NCBI GenBank assembly: GCA_013239625.1
Contig: MU054323.1
Location: 13,003,950 to 13,067,949 of the forward strand
Source: Lama guanicoe
Lineage: Eukaryota
Length of the DNA stretch: 64,000 bases
Reading direction: 5' to 3'
Part shown: positions 49,478 through 62,100 of the stretch, in pieces
Layout of the letters: every line of letters starts with the position of its first letter
How positions within the stretch are numbered: the stretch's first letter is position 1
Program-made: the position numbers and the translations under genes
The notes under the pieces: generated by a model
Database searches by the model: none
Seen by the model: only the letters and a program-made list of their open reading frames with translations
What the model was told of the DNA's origin: nothing

Positions 49478-50229
49478 AACAGTGGTGCTGGAGGGACCTT
49501 GGGGACTGCCTGGCCTGACTCCTTGTGTGATGGAGGAGGAAGCCGAGGCCCAGGGCGCTGTGGCTGGTCCAGGCGCACACTGCTCATCAGAGGCAGAGCT
49601 TGCTGCTTGGTGCTGAGCGTTCCTGCTGCTTGAAGTGGTGCATTCATCCCAGGCCAGGACCTCTGGGCTGCATTCCCAGGGATGGCCCAGACAGAAGGGG
49701 TCTTCAACCGGGAGAGTGTGTGTGTCTGGGGATACGTGTGTGTAGAGGGTCATTTGGGGACCATCCACCTGCAGAGCTCAGAGCTGAATTGTGGGAAAGG
49801 CCAAAATGAGTGATTACTGCAATGCCCTCATAATTGTTAGCACTTTCTAATAAGCATCCCACAGAGAAAAAACGCTGAAACATGAAGCATGAACTCCTTG
49901 TCTCAGGAAGTCTTGAAGTAGAAGCTAAATATCCCTGCTCAAGTTAACAGCAGTTGATCCTAGTTCGCGTGGACTGACTGTGCCTGCCACAGTTCTGTGT
50001 GTTCTTGTTAGGTACTTAGACAAGTCGGGGCACTGGGCAGGTAGGTGGAGGGGAGTGAGGGTGGTCCAGAAGACGACATTATGCCTGCCTCCAGCATAAA
50101 GGGGCTTTACTTCTAAATGAGAAACAGCAAAAAAAAAAAAATCTGATTAAAACCCAACATCCACAACTGTGTGGTAGCAGAAAGGACTTAACCGGACATG
50201 ACCAATGTTCGTTGTATTATAATTAACAT

Positions 50230-50531
50230 TGTGGTTTAGGGTTTTTCTGTGTGCACCGTGGGTAAGGACATGTGCAAACGGCCCAGACATGACTAAGCAT
50301 TCCAGGGATAAGAGCCGTCAATCAGTCAGAGGACTACCTCTGAGTGAGGGTATAAGAGAAAGGGGAGACAAAACCCACCACTTGTTTCTCCCTTGGATCA
50401 GCCCGCCTCCCATTCTTGGGGCTATACTTTTCCTTTCCTTTTAAATATATCTTTTTAAATCTTTTCGCTGTGTCTACAAACTTGTCTTTCAGGTGTGACA
50501 AGAACCGGGGTCTTTGCCTTTTGGGGTAGCA
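50230..50531 (+). mobile_element. Possible solo ERV LTR
   Basis: TG...CA boundaries, a TATA-like gtataaga (~50350) and an LTR-like 3' end 'ggtgtgacaagaaccgggg'. No TSD was seen. Confidence 0.4.
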
Positions 50532-50728
50532 TCTCCAGGGATTATGTCTCATTTTATCCTTTGTGTCTTTATGAGATGGGTACCATTATTATTATACTGA
50601 CTTTATAGATCAGGAGACTGAGGTACTAAAGAGATTAAGTAACCTGTCCAAGATGACACAGCCAGTGAGTGGCAGAAGCAGGATTACACCCATCCATTTG
50701 ACCCCCAAGCCTGCACTTATTCTGTACT

Positions 50729-53448
50729 AGTAGTTCTCAACCTTTGCTGCACATTAGAATCTCTTTAAGAAGATTTAAAAAAAATCCTAGTTCTCAGACT
50801 ACCTCCTGAACCATTTCAATCCGATTCTCTGGGAATAGGACTTTGCATTAATATTTTTTTAAAAGCCCTCAGATGATTCCAACTTGGCAAGGTTGAGGAC
50901 CACTGATATACTCCATAGCTGGTAGGGTTATTGTAAGTCAGTGGGTCTCAAATTAATGTGCATAGGCATCTCCTGGGGGTCATGTGCAAGATGCAGATCT
51001 GATCCGGAAGGTCTGGGGTGGGCCTGAGATACTGCATGTCTAAGCGAGGCTGTGCTACCGGTCTTGGAGTTTCCTTTATTGGCTGGAGGCTAAACATCCA
51101 GTTCTAAGGTTTTAGAACTGTCATGGATACATGATTTGACTGAATGACAGCCCTCTGCTAAGTATGTTATGTACATTATTTCCTGTCTTCTCAACAACCT
51201 CCAAAGGAGGTATCATTGCCCCCATGTTAGAGCTTAGCCGGAATCCCAACCTGAGTCTCCTGAATCTCACGCCTGTGCAACTGATAAACTACCCCGCCAT
51301 GTTGCTCTCCATTTTACATACAGATGTTGTTCCTGAGAAAAGCTTCTCTGGGCTTTGTCTTTCTCTTCTAACCCCGTGCGTTTATGACAACCAGACTCTG
51401 TTTCTGGTAAAGCTTGCTATCAGCACCAGATACGTGATTGTATTTGCAGGATGCAATTTCTAGACATGAATGTGGTCCCTGGCCTCGAGGCTCCCGGGAG
51501 TCCCTTGCGGGGCTTTCTGAGCTGTAGACCGTGGGCTTCTCCCCAGGCCTAGGAATCATCTGGGTTCAGTCTGGGGACTTCTGTTTCTGAAAGCTCCCCA
51601 GACTGTCCTGTTGTACGCCAGTGTTTGAGACCATGGTCTCTGTGGTTCTCAGGTGTGCTCACTGGATCATCTGTGAACACCCCCTGGGAACTTGTTAGAA
51701 ATGAAAATTTTAGGGTCCCACCACAGGCAACTTGAATTAGAAGCTGTAAGGGTGGGCCCAGGCTTTTGTAGTTGAACAAGGCCTCCAGGTGATTCCGAAG
51801 TTTGAGAACCACGAGATCCTTGCTATTCAAACTGTGCGCCGTGGACCAGTGCGTCAGCTGGAGGTTGTTGAAACGCAGGGCCTCGGGCACCCCCGCCTCT
51901 CCTGAATCAGAATCTGCACTGTAACAAGAATCCTGCATATTCACGTTTGAGAAGCCCTGCACTCAACAGTGGTTTTCTTCTCCCATTGTGTGTTAAAATC
52001 TGAGAGGCCTTTAAAAAAGACCAGCGCCCTGCCCCCACCCAAGGCAATTAAGTCAGAATCTCTGGGGTTGGGCGGGGCCTAGACGCTTTGTTTTTCAAGA
52101 TCCACAGGGGATTCTAATCACGCAAACCACGCTGAGAAGCACCTGTCTAAGCGCTGGCGCCTGGTGGTCAGCAGTTCCTGTTCTTACTCGTCAGGGATGA
52201 GACCGAAAAGGCGTCCGCCCCAAAACAAGCCTCTTACCTGCTCCTCCAGCATCTTGGTGTGACTTGACACCCAGGCTTTGGGAGTGAAGGCTCAGGAACT
52301 GGCCAGGAGCACTCCGCGTCTCAGTAAGGTCAGGAGGGATAAGTTTTCCTTATATTTTCAGTTGAGAAAGTGAAAGACGGAGAGAGAGTTGAGAGATTGG
52401 GTGGGGGAGAGGTGAGGGGGTGGTGGCGGGATATGGATAGACAGCCTGGGAGTGGAAATTGGAGGGATGGAGTCTGTCGTCTGTCCTCAGGCCAGAGTGC
52501 TGCTTATGCTGGATGCACGGGAGAACCCCCTGACAAGTGCAGGTTCCTGGGCTCTACTTCCGAGAACCAGCCTCAGTAGAGCTTGGGAAGGGTCCAGGAA
52601 TTTGCATGGTTAACAGGCTCTCCCAAATGATTCGGACGTAGAAGTCCAGGCCCTATTAGCACTGCTTAATGGCTCTGAGCTGGCTGGAGAGTCTGAAAAA
52701 TGTAGGTCCCTAGACCCCGTCCCCAGCTCCTCTCAGTAGGTCTGGTGGGGCCCCGGCATCAGCATGTTTAATGGGGAGCTCCTGCTTTTCCAGCTGTGCT
52801 CAGAAACCTCAGGCTTCCACTGAAGTGTATCGGGCTACAAAGGGGGGAGAGGTAAGAGGAGAAGCAGGGTGGGGAGGGTGCTCACTCACTCACCCCTGCT
52901 TGATCAGTTAAGCTTCAGTATAACATTGCATTTGAAGAGAGGCTTTCATTTTTTATAAAATGTTGCAAGTGGGTCGTGGCTGTTCATCGGCATAGCGCCT
53001 CTCGGAAGCTGTCAGTGTTCTTACCTTTCAAGCCACAGTTCAGGACGGCTTTTCTGCCTTGTAGCCACCCATCCTTCCTGTGACTTGGACCTTCAACCCC
53101 TGAGCTGCCCATGATGCTTACTGTCCTGAACGACACTGACTCCACTCATGCTGTGGGATTGCTGGACTCTGCCTTTTGCTCCAAGCCCCAAACTGCTTTG
53201 CAGCTAATGAACGCTGGTCACCCCGGAAGTGCCCTTTGCGTAGATTCTAGAACCTTAAGACAGTAACTTTCAGGTTTGACCTTGGCTCTCAAAATGTTTC
53301 ATGCATCAGGATCACCAGGAGTGCTTGTTAAAGCACAGAGCACTGGGCCCTGCATGTCTGAAGCAGGAGACGAGAGCTGGCGTATCTGGTAAGACCCCAG
53401 GTGATGCTGATGCTGCTGGTCCAGGGGGACCACACTGAGAACCACCGC
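50729..53448. mobile_element. Cluster of roughly 8-9 MER5-family hAT MITEs
   Basis: Repeated MER5 termini and cores at about 50729-50905, 50939-51060, 51470-51630, 51640-51813, 51815-51960, 51968-52142, 52497-52640, 52680-52780 and 53285-53448. Confidence 0.8.
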
Positions 53449-54559
53449 CTTGAGATTAAATCATGTGAATGCAGCTGGGGCCCAGTTCTCCTGCTGGAGA
53501 TACTTTCTCAGTGGGTCGTCCTTCCTTTGGTGTTAGGATGGATGATGAGGAAATGTCTTGCTTGAAGTGTAAGTAGTAAGTGGCATGAAGGACTCTGTGC
53601 CTTAGGGCTATGACTCAGTCGTTTGTGTTCTCAGTGGGTTTTGCTGGGCTCACCCGGCAAGAGGCCAACTGTTTACCCCATGGTTCTACTGGAACGCGCA
53701 TGGCAGCATGTACCCTTGTCACTCAGCACACAGGTACTGCCTTGTGTCGGTGACAAGGATCTGCCAGTGGCTTCTTGTTGCCCGGGACGTGGTCAGGCGA
53801 GAGTGTGGCGAGCCTTTGCCAAACAGTGGTTATTGGAAAGGGAAAATTTTCCCTTCCCTGAAATGTCGTAAAAGGACCAAAGTGGCCCGGAGGAAATGGC
53901 CTTAAGGACTCCCCTCCTTACAGCCGCACACTCCTGCACGGAGCTGGGCACAGTGGCAGGTCAGAGAGAGACGTCCTCCCACTGGCCACGCAGACACAGG
54001 CCCATGGACCCTGCTTCCTGGGGTGGAGGGTACCACCAGTCACAAGTGGGAAATCTGCCCGGACTCTCCCCTCAATCAGATGTTTTGACCAGGCTGGTGA
54101 CTGTAACTATCGTTACATTAAAAAAAAGCCGTGGAGCTTTTTAATCAGTAGTTGTCGGCACTGGGGTGGAATGCATTTTATTCCGGTTTTCAGCAGTACC
54201 CCTGGGTGACTGACTGACCAGCTACTCCTGAACAAATGCAGAAATTGAGTTAAGAGGGTAATTACACTTGTGCAGGCGATGGGGCAGGCCTCCGTGGGAT
54301 GGTGAAAAGAAAATGTGTTTAATATGCGGTGGGGTGGGGTTGGGCAAAACAACTTTCCCCTTTTCTGCCTGTGAGGATGGGTTGGGCCGGCTGAGGAGGA
54401 TGAGTACTTCCAGGTGAGCATGAACCCGCCTCTGATGGGCACTGTGCGGGGTTCCCTGGAAGAGGAGCCAGTCTCTTCCATAGTGCTTTAGGGGGTGGAT
54501 TTCCAGCCCTCCTTATTCTGCCAACTGAAGGAAGTAGAAGATAATCGGGTCCTGGCATC

Positions 54560-54930
54560 CTAGAGATTCTGTCATACTAAGTGAAGTAAGTCAGAGAAAG
54601 ATATCATATGATATCACTTATATGTGGAATCTAAAATGTGATACAACTGAACTTACAAAACAGAAACATACTCAAAGGAAAAGTCTTATAGTTACCCGGG
54701 GGGAAGCGGGGTGGGGAAGGAATAAGATAGGAGTTTTAGATTAGCTGATACAAACTACTATATGTAAAATACATAAACAACAAGGACCTGCTGTATTATA
54801 CAGGGAACTATATTCACTGTTTTGCAATAACCTGTAAAGAAAAAATAGATGTGTGTGTAACTGAATCACTCTGCTGTACACCAGAAACTAACACATTATA
54901 AATCAACGGTACTTCAATTAAAAAAAGAAA
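54560..54930 (+). mobile_element. 5'-truncated L1 3' end with A-tail (cetartiodactyl-type)
   Basis: 'catactaagtgaagtaagtcagagaaaga..tatcatatgatatcacttatatgtggaatctaaaa' ... 'ctgaatcactctgctgtacaccagaaactaacac', then an A-rich tail. Confidence 0.9.
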
Positions 54931-56199
54931 AGGTCTTGGCTTGACATTTGAAAAAACTACTCCCAGCACTGCCCGTGTCTGCCCTGTTCTGCACCGGCTG
55001 GGCTGACCAGTCTCGACACATCACATTAGATTTTCTCCTTCATTCCTAGAATCACAATAGATAAAACCATAAAAGCTAGTAGTTTTGATGGGCTTTCTGG
55101 GTTCCAGACCCCCATTGCTGCTTGCTTGAGGTGGGTTTTTTTTTTAGTGAAGTTGCATCATTCATTCATTTAATGAGCTTGAATTGCTACATGTGCTTGG
55201 CAGAAGGAGAGAGATAGTGTTTAAACAAAGAAGTGGTGGCTTGTTCAAATGCAGACAGACGTTTTGAGAGACAGTGGGTTGAAAACTAAGGTTTGCATGT
55301 CGTTTTGACTACAGGTGATGGTCATTTTAGGCCCTGATTTAACTCCCTACCTTGCTCCTACCCAAAGATGAGATGTTGAAATTGAAGCTTCATATGGCTA
55401 GGAAGTGATAGAACCCAGATTTAAACCTAAGCATTCTGACTCTGCAGCTTATCCTCTTCTCCAGTACAGGGATGTGCTGGAATATACTCAGAGCTGTGCA
55501 GCAGGTGATGGGGGTTGCCCAGTGCCTGCGTGAGGAGGAGCTGCAGGGATGGGTATCTTGAGTGAGGAGGAAATAAGACCCAGGCAGGATAGTCAAGCTT
55601 TCTTCAGATACTGTGGAAAGGGGAGTCAATGAGTGGAAGCTGTGGGCAGGCCAGTTTTCACACAATATAAGGAAAAGTCTTTTGAAGATGGAGCTGTTCA
55701 AAGATGACCTGGGTTGTTTGCAGCATGGAGACCCTTATTGGAGGTGCTTTATTAAGATGAAATTCACATCCCTCTTGCAGTGTACAGTGTTTTTATGTGT
55801 GTGTGTATTACATTATTTTAGAAATTGTGATTAAAGTATATATAACAAAATTTGTAAAATGGTATTCAGTTGTGGCTACTATTATCAAAGATGAGTATTT
55901 TTCTGTACTTGGAAACTTGGCCAGGAAATCACTGGAAAGCTGTCTTCACCTTTAATCAGGTTCAGTGCTTGAAAATGCGTAGATTCAGAGGCCTGTGCGG
56001 GGTCTTCTTCCTGCTTCATAAGATTCAGGAAGTTATTAATCACATCCATGCTAATTTTTATTTGGAAGACTTGATTATACCACCACAGTTTTTAAGTGCT
56101 TGGTGCAAGATAATTTAGCATGGTAGAATTAGCAACACCCTGGAATGAGAGACGATGATTCTTCTTCAGGAAGATTGCTTCTGCTTCTGTCTGTTCCTG

Positions 56200-56706
56200 C
56201 AAGACGAATTATCCTACTACTTAATGGCTTCAGACAAACACCGTCATTTATTTACTCATGATTCTGCAGCTTGGCAGGGCTCCGTAGGGATGACTTGTCT
56301 GCGTGCCATGTGTCAGGAGCTTGAGCTTGTCAGTGGATTTACTTCCAAGATAGAACGCTCATACGGCTGGTAAGATGATTCTGGCTGTTGTTGGCTGGGA
56401 GTTCAGCAGGGACGGTTGGTTGAGGGCCTCAGTTCTCTTCATATGGGCCTCTCCATGCGGTTGCTTGGGCTTGCCCATAGCGTGGCAGCTTGGTTCCAAG
56501 AGGGAGGAAGTTTTGCATCCTGGCCTATTTAATGCTTGGGCTCTGAGGTCTCAGGAGGGTCCTTCTGCATTTCCTTGGTAGAATGAATAGTCATAGACCC
56601 AGCTCAGATTCAAGGGAGAGGGACATACGGTCCACCTTTTGATGGGAGGAACAGCATGTGCTGGTGGGGAGGGGTGGATGGGGGGCCATCTTAAGAGACT
56701 ACCACA
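56200..56706. mobile_element. MLT1-type LTR
   Basis: 'cattta.ttactcatgattctgca', 'ccagctcagattcaagggagaggg', 'ccacctttt gatgggagga', terminal 'gactaccaca'. Confidence 0.75.
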
Positions 56707-57104
56707 AAGAACCACAATAGTTTTTTTTTCTTTCCTGTTTCTTCCTCCTCACTCCATAGAAACCTGCCCCTAATCAGGATGTGAGCTGGTGATGACAAAT
56801 AATGGGAAGAAATCTAAGAAAAAAAAATAGCTACGTGATCTTTAGGGGATTGTGGCTTGAGAATAAGTGACAACATGGTCAACCTGTTCCACAGGCACTT
56901 CTGAGACATTTGTGATTATTGTACTTTTCGCAGCTTTGTTAAAATCTCTGCTTCCAGGATTGTCAGGTTTATTTTCTTTTTCTTAGTTATGTTTTTCCAG
57001 AATTGATTGGCAGGAAATTTAGCAGTTCTTCTTTGTAAGAAAACAGACAAATAAAATTACTACTAAAATAAGTAGGTTAGTTATGGCATATTTAAAAAAT
57101 TTTC

Positions 57105-58030
57105 ATACAGTTTGTTTTTAGTTATTACAAAATACTGGCTGTCTCCCCTGTGTTGTGCAGTACATCCCTGTAGCCTACCTCACACCCAGTAGTTTTACCT
57201 CCCACTTCCCTACCCCTGTCCTGCCCCTGCGCTTCACTCCACACGCTGGTAACCACTAGTTCTCTATATCTGTGAGTCTACTGCTTGTTGTTATATTTGC
57301 TAGTTTGTTGTATTTTTTAGATTCTAGGTATAAGTGATATCATACAGTGTTTGTTTTTTCCTTATTTCACTTAGCATAATGCCCTCCAAGTCCATCTATG
57401 TTGCTACAAATGGCAAAACTTTGTTCTTTTTTATGACTGATATTCCATTGTGTATGTATTCCATATCTTCTTTATCCATTCAGCTGTTAATGGGCAATTA
57501 GTTTGCTTCCATATCTTGGCTATTGTAAATAATGCTTCAGTGAGCATAGGGGTGCATATATCTTTTCAAATTAGTGGGTTTTTTTCCCAGATATATACCC
57601 AGGAGTGGAATTTCTGGGTTATATGGTAGTTCTGTTTTTAATTTTTTGGCAAACCTCCATACTGTTTTCCACAGTGACTGCATCAATTTACATTCCCACC
57701 AACAGTTTGTGAGGTTTTCCTTTTCTCCACATCCTTGCCAACATTTGTTATTTGTGTTCTTTCTTTTGGAAGATAGCCATTCTGACCGGTGTGAGGTGAT
57801 ATCCCATTGTGGTTTTAATTTGCATTTCCCTGATGATTAGTGATGTTGAGCATCTTTTCATGTACCTCTTGGCATCTGCATTTCGTCTTTGGAAAAATGT
57901 CTGTTCAGTTCTTCCACGCACTTTTTAATCGGGTTGTTTGTTTTTGATGTTGAGTTGGATGAGCTGTTTATATATGATGGCTGTTAATCCTTTATTGGTC
58001 ATGTCTTTTGCAAATATTTTCTCTATTTAT
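57105..58030 (-). mobile_element. L1 ORF2 end / 3' UTR fragment
   Basis: Antisense L1 ('ttatttcacttagcataatgccctccaagtccatc', 'ttacattcccaccaacag', 'gtgatgttgagcatcttttcatgt'). Confidence 0.92.
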
Positions 58031-60749
58031 GGGATATTTTGAACAATAAAAAGAATTACTTGGAAAAAATCCTTAAAAACTTACATGATCATTTATTTTC
58101 TTGGAAAATAAAAACATTAAGAATATGACCTTCATCATCCATTATTTAACACTTTTGGCATAGTGTTTTAGGTGGAAATAATTCATTTTAAAGTTGACAA
58201 CTGACAACAGAAAGGTAATTCTTGTTAATTTCTTCTCTTAATAATTAAATTTCTCTTTGTTCACAGATTACACATTCTTTTTTTACTTCTGAGATGATCC
58301 GAGATTATAGAAGGGACATTGGAGATCAATTAGGTGAAAAAAAAATTTAAAAGCATATGAAAAGTAGGAAAGTCTATGGATAAAAGGAACATTTTACATT
58401 CACAGTGTTTACTAGAAAAATTTCTCTATTCAGACGAATGTTGGAAAGGAGACATACTATTTAAACAATTTTAATTTTATGTGTTATTTGAAAACAGCTC
58501 TGCTTTTTCCTTTGAATTGCTTGCTGATGGGCCCTTGAAGTCCATAGTTCTATTTCCACTTCAGTTCTGAAAATGCTGGTATCAGATTTCACGATAATTG
58601 AGCTGGTAGCCAGAGGAGTGTTTGCAGGTAGCATCACCTACTGTGCAGCTTCCTTGCATTTAGAGTCATGGCCTTGTATTTCACAAGGAGGCTTCAACTG
58701 TTGCTCCCTTTGGGGGTATTAGAGCCTAATTGTGGTCTCTGTAGCTGGGGCCATGTGCACCATCCGTTGAATATTTGTGTTCTGCAGGGATGTTCAGGCA
58801 TCAGTGCCATTTATTAGTGTTTTTATTTTAGCAAGGGAAGTCTTTGGCATGGCCTGGATTGTATGTCTTCCAGGGTATTCCCATCCTTGGTCATATAATA
58901 CTCTTAATTTATCTCAAGGAATGTTGTCAAAGTGGGAATTTTTAAAGGCTCTGTCTCACTCATGTAGCTATTAGTTTTCCAGTTAAGAAAATTTGTTTGG
59001 AAGTAGGAGTCTTGAGCCCGAGAACAATCATGTAATTTATTTTAGATTAATGATGCTCGCTGCCACTTTTTTGCCACCCACAGCTTTATTCTGGATGATT
59101 CCATGTGGGAAAGACAGAGAAAAGGGTAGCTTAATATGTTTGATTCAGTGTGAAAGGCTGTCATGGGTAAATTTAAAATTCCCATGGTGGAAATAAGATT
59201 CTCTGCCAGATATCGAGGTGAGCTGCTTCTAAAAAGTTTCCTTAAAGGCTGTTTTGGGGCACGTGTGGGGTGGGTGAGGTAATAACAGCTGACACTTGTC
59301 AAATGCTGCTCTGAACCAGGCCCTGTCCTAGTGCTTCTAGTGCTTTGAATATATGTGTTCACTTAATCCTTGCAGAAACCCTCTTTTTTAATCAATCCCA
59401 TTTCATGGATGGGAAAACTGAGATGCAAAAAAGGTAATTGCACACAGCTGGTCAGTGTCCGAGCTATGGTTGGTTTGGGCTGCCTGGCTTCAGTGGGCTC
59501 TTTACCACTTGGTGACATCCCTAATTACAGTAAAGTTATGTGTTCTTCCTTAGTCTCTTTTTTCCCCCCCTTTATCTTAATCCAAGTTTCAGGTACTCAA
59601 TTCTCAAGTCGTTTTGGCCTTATAAAGCTTAATTTTTTATTAAAAAAGTTTTTTTTACAATCCTATCCTTTTTATTTAATAAATTATTAACATTTTACTA
59701 TTTCTTTGCTCATTCCTGTTGCACAAGTTTAGGAAGAGGGAAAAAAAAACTGTTGCAGGATTTGACTTTTAAAAGGTATAAAAAGCTCACATTTAAAAAG
59801 GAAAATCAGAAAGATTCCAGAAAGTCAAAAAAATCTCTAAGACCCATGTTGATTGGCTTTCTCAAGATTAACTATCTTTAAAAAGAGTAAAATCCATAAA
59901 AATACTGAATCATTATGTTGTATGCCTGAAACCAATACTGTAAATCAACTATACACCAATTAAAAAGTAAATAATACAAATTACCTATTTTTTCGGGTTT
60001 TCCATTTAATAAAGAGTTCAAACGATACCAAATATATGAAGTGGAAAATGTGAATCTGTCACATAATTCTAAAAACTAAATAAGTGATCACTATTAGCAT
60101 TTGATGTGTATTTCCCCCCAAAATTAATGCATATAAAATCATATAATATGTACTCATTTATATACTAAAAATAGGATCACATTATACATACAGATCTGTA
60201 ATCTAACTTTCTCACATCAGTTTTTTGCCATCTTTCCATAACAGTACACAAGTTAATCTCATTTTTAAAAGGTTATAAAGGTTATTTTTTAATTGCTCTG
60301 ATTTTGAAAAAAGCTTGTCAACATTTTTGGTCGGTGAAAATAAATGTCAGCTTTTCAAACAGATTAAACATGTAAATAATAGTGCTGGACATATTACCCA
60401 GTCATAGTAAGTCAAGACTAAGTTTCAAAGTAGAAATAATTAATGTTCCAATATAGTACAGTTATCATAAAGTTTAGTGTATGGTACTCTGTCTCACATA
60501 TTGTTTAGATTATGGGACTTAACACCCCTTAAAAATTTAAGTAAGTTTAGACTTGCCGTTAGGTGAATTAACGTTTCTTTTCAGTGAAGTATTGTTGATT
60601 TTTTGCCATGCTATTATTAATAATAGACCATTGTAGAAAATCTGGAATATATAGTATGGTTTAAGCAAAAATTTAATAACTTGTATAATTTCACCCCTCC
60701 TAGGTAAATAATTCGTGTTAGCATTAAGTATATTTTTCTTCCAGCCTTC

Positions 60750-62100
60750 ATTCATGTGTTCTTTCATTCAGCAATTATTTATTATTTTCTGTGAGCCAGA
60801 TGTTATTCTAGGCCCAAGGGAAAAAGCAGCAACCAAAATAGTCTTTCTTCCTGTGGAGCTGATATTTGAGTGGGAGAAGCAAACAATGATTAGATAAACA
60901 ATAGAATGTTACATTTGGGATAAGTGCTTTGAAGAAAAATGCAGTAAACTAGTCAAGGCCCAGAGATTGCTGTTTTGGCACAGTCACAAGGGAGGCTGAG
61001 TGATGTGCGAAAGGTAACCCGTGAACATCTAGGGAAGAATGTTGCAGGTGGGAAACAGCCTGTGCAAGGGCCCTGCAGTGAAAGCTGGCGTCATCTGCCC
61101 AGGGACTAGCAAGGAAGCCAGTATGGTGCTCAAGGCGTGCTAGGAAGTGACATGGGAGAGGTGGCAGAGGTTTGCGGCTTTGCATTTCATTGAGTGAGAT
61201 GGAAGCCTGTGGAGGGTTTGGAGCAGAGGAGTGATGTGATTTGACTTTGGTTCTAACAGGATCCCTCTGGCTGCCCTGGTGAGAATAGACTGCAGGGGAC
61301 AAGGTGGCTGGGAGAAGGGTCTGAGGGCAGGTGGTGAGACACACATAGAAGGAAGACTTGTGGTGACAGCATCCACAAGCCAAGGAATGCCTGAGGCCAC
61401 CAGAAGCTGGGAGAGAGCAATGGGACAGCCCTCAGAAGAAACCAGCCCCTCTGTCACTTTGATTTCAGCCTTCCAGCCTCCAGACTGTGAAACATGTGGT
61501 CTAAGCCATGCAGCTTGTTATACTACGTTACAGCAGCCCTAGCAAACTAACACGCTTGGTGAGCAACTTGGCCAACAGTGGTGCCTGTTAAAGGGATGAG
61601 TGCCGGGGAGGAGCTGGTTGTGGAGTCAGGGTCAGGGAATCAAGATGTGCCGAATTTGAGCAGCCTGCTCGACATCCACGTGGAGCTTCCGAGAAGGTGG
61701 CTGGACGTGGAAATCTGGAGTTCAGATCAGAGGACAAGGGGTAAGGTCTAAGTTAGGGCACAATGAGGTGGAAATCAAAGCCGTGCGACTGAATGAAACT
61801 ATCAGAAAAAGGGTCCAAGGACCAAGCAAGCCCTGGGAAGTTTCACCACTGAGAGATCAAGAAAGGAAACAGGAGCCAGAGGGAGACTGAGAAAGTTGGC
61901 GGTGTGGTCGGAAGGAGGCTGGCGGGGCCATATCTCAGGCGAGGGAAGGAGGTGGGGAGGAAAGAGGAACGGATCCAGTGCTGCTCTTGGTCAGGAAGGG
62001 AGAAGGCCCACTGGATTGGCAGCCACAAAGTCACTGGCGGCTCTGCCAAAAGCAGATGCAAGGACAGGCAAGATGCAAGCTGCCTGTAGTGACTTCAAGG
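60750..62100 (-). mobile_element. L2 fragment interrupted by an MLT1 LTR piece (~61330-61555)
   Basis: L2 'ggatccctctggctgc..tggtgagaatagactg'; MLT 'ccacaagccaaggaatgcc..aggccaccagaagctgg'. Confidence 0.75.
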
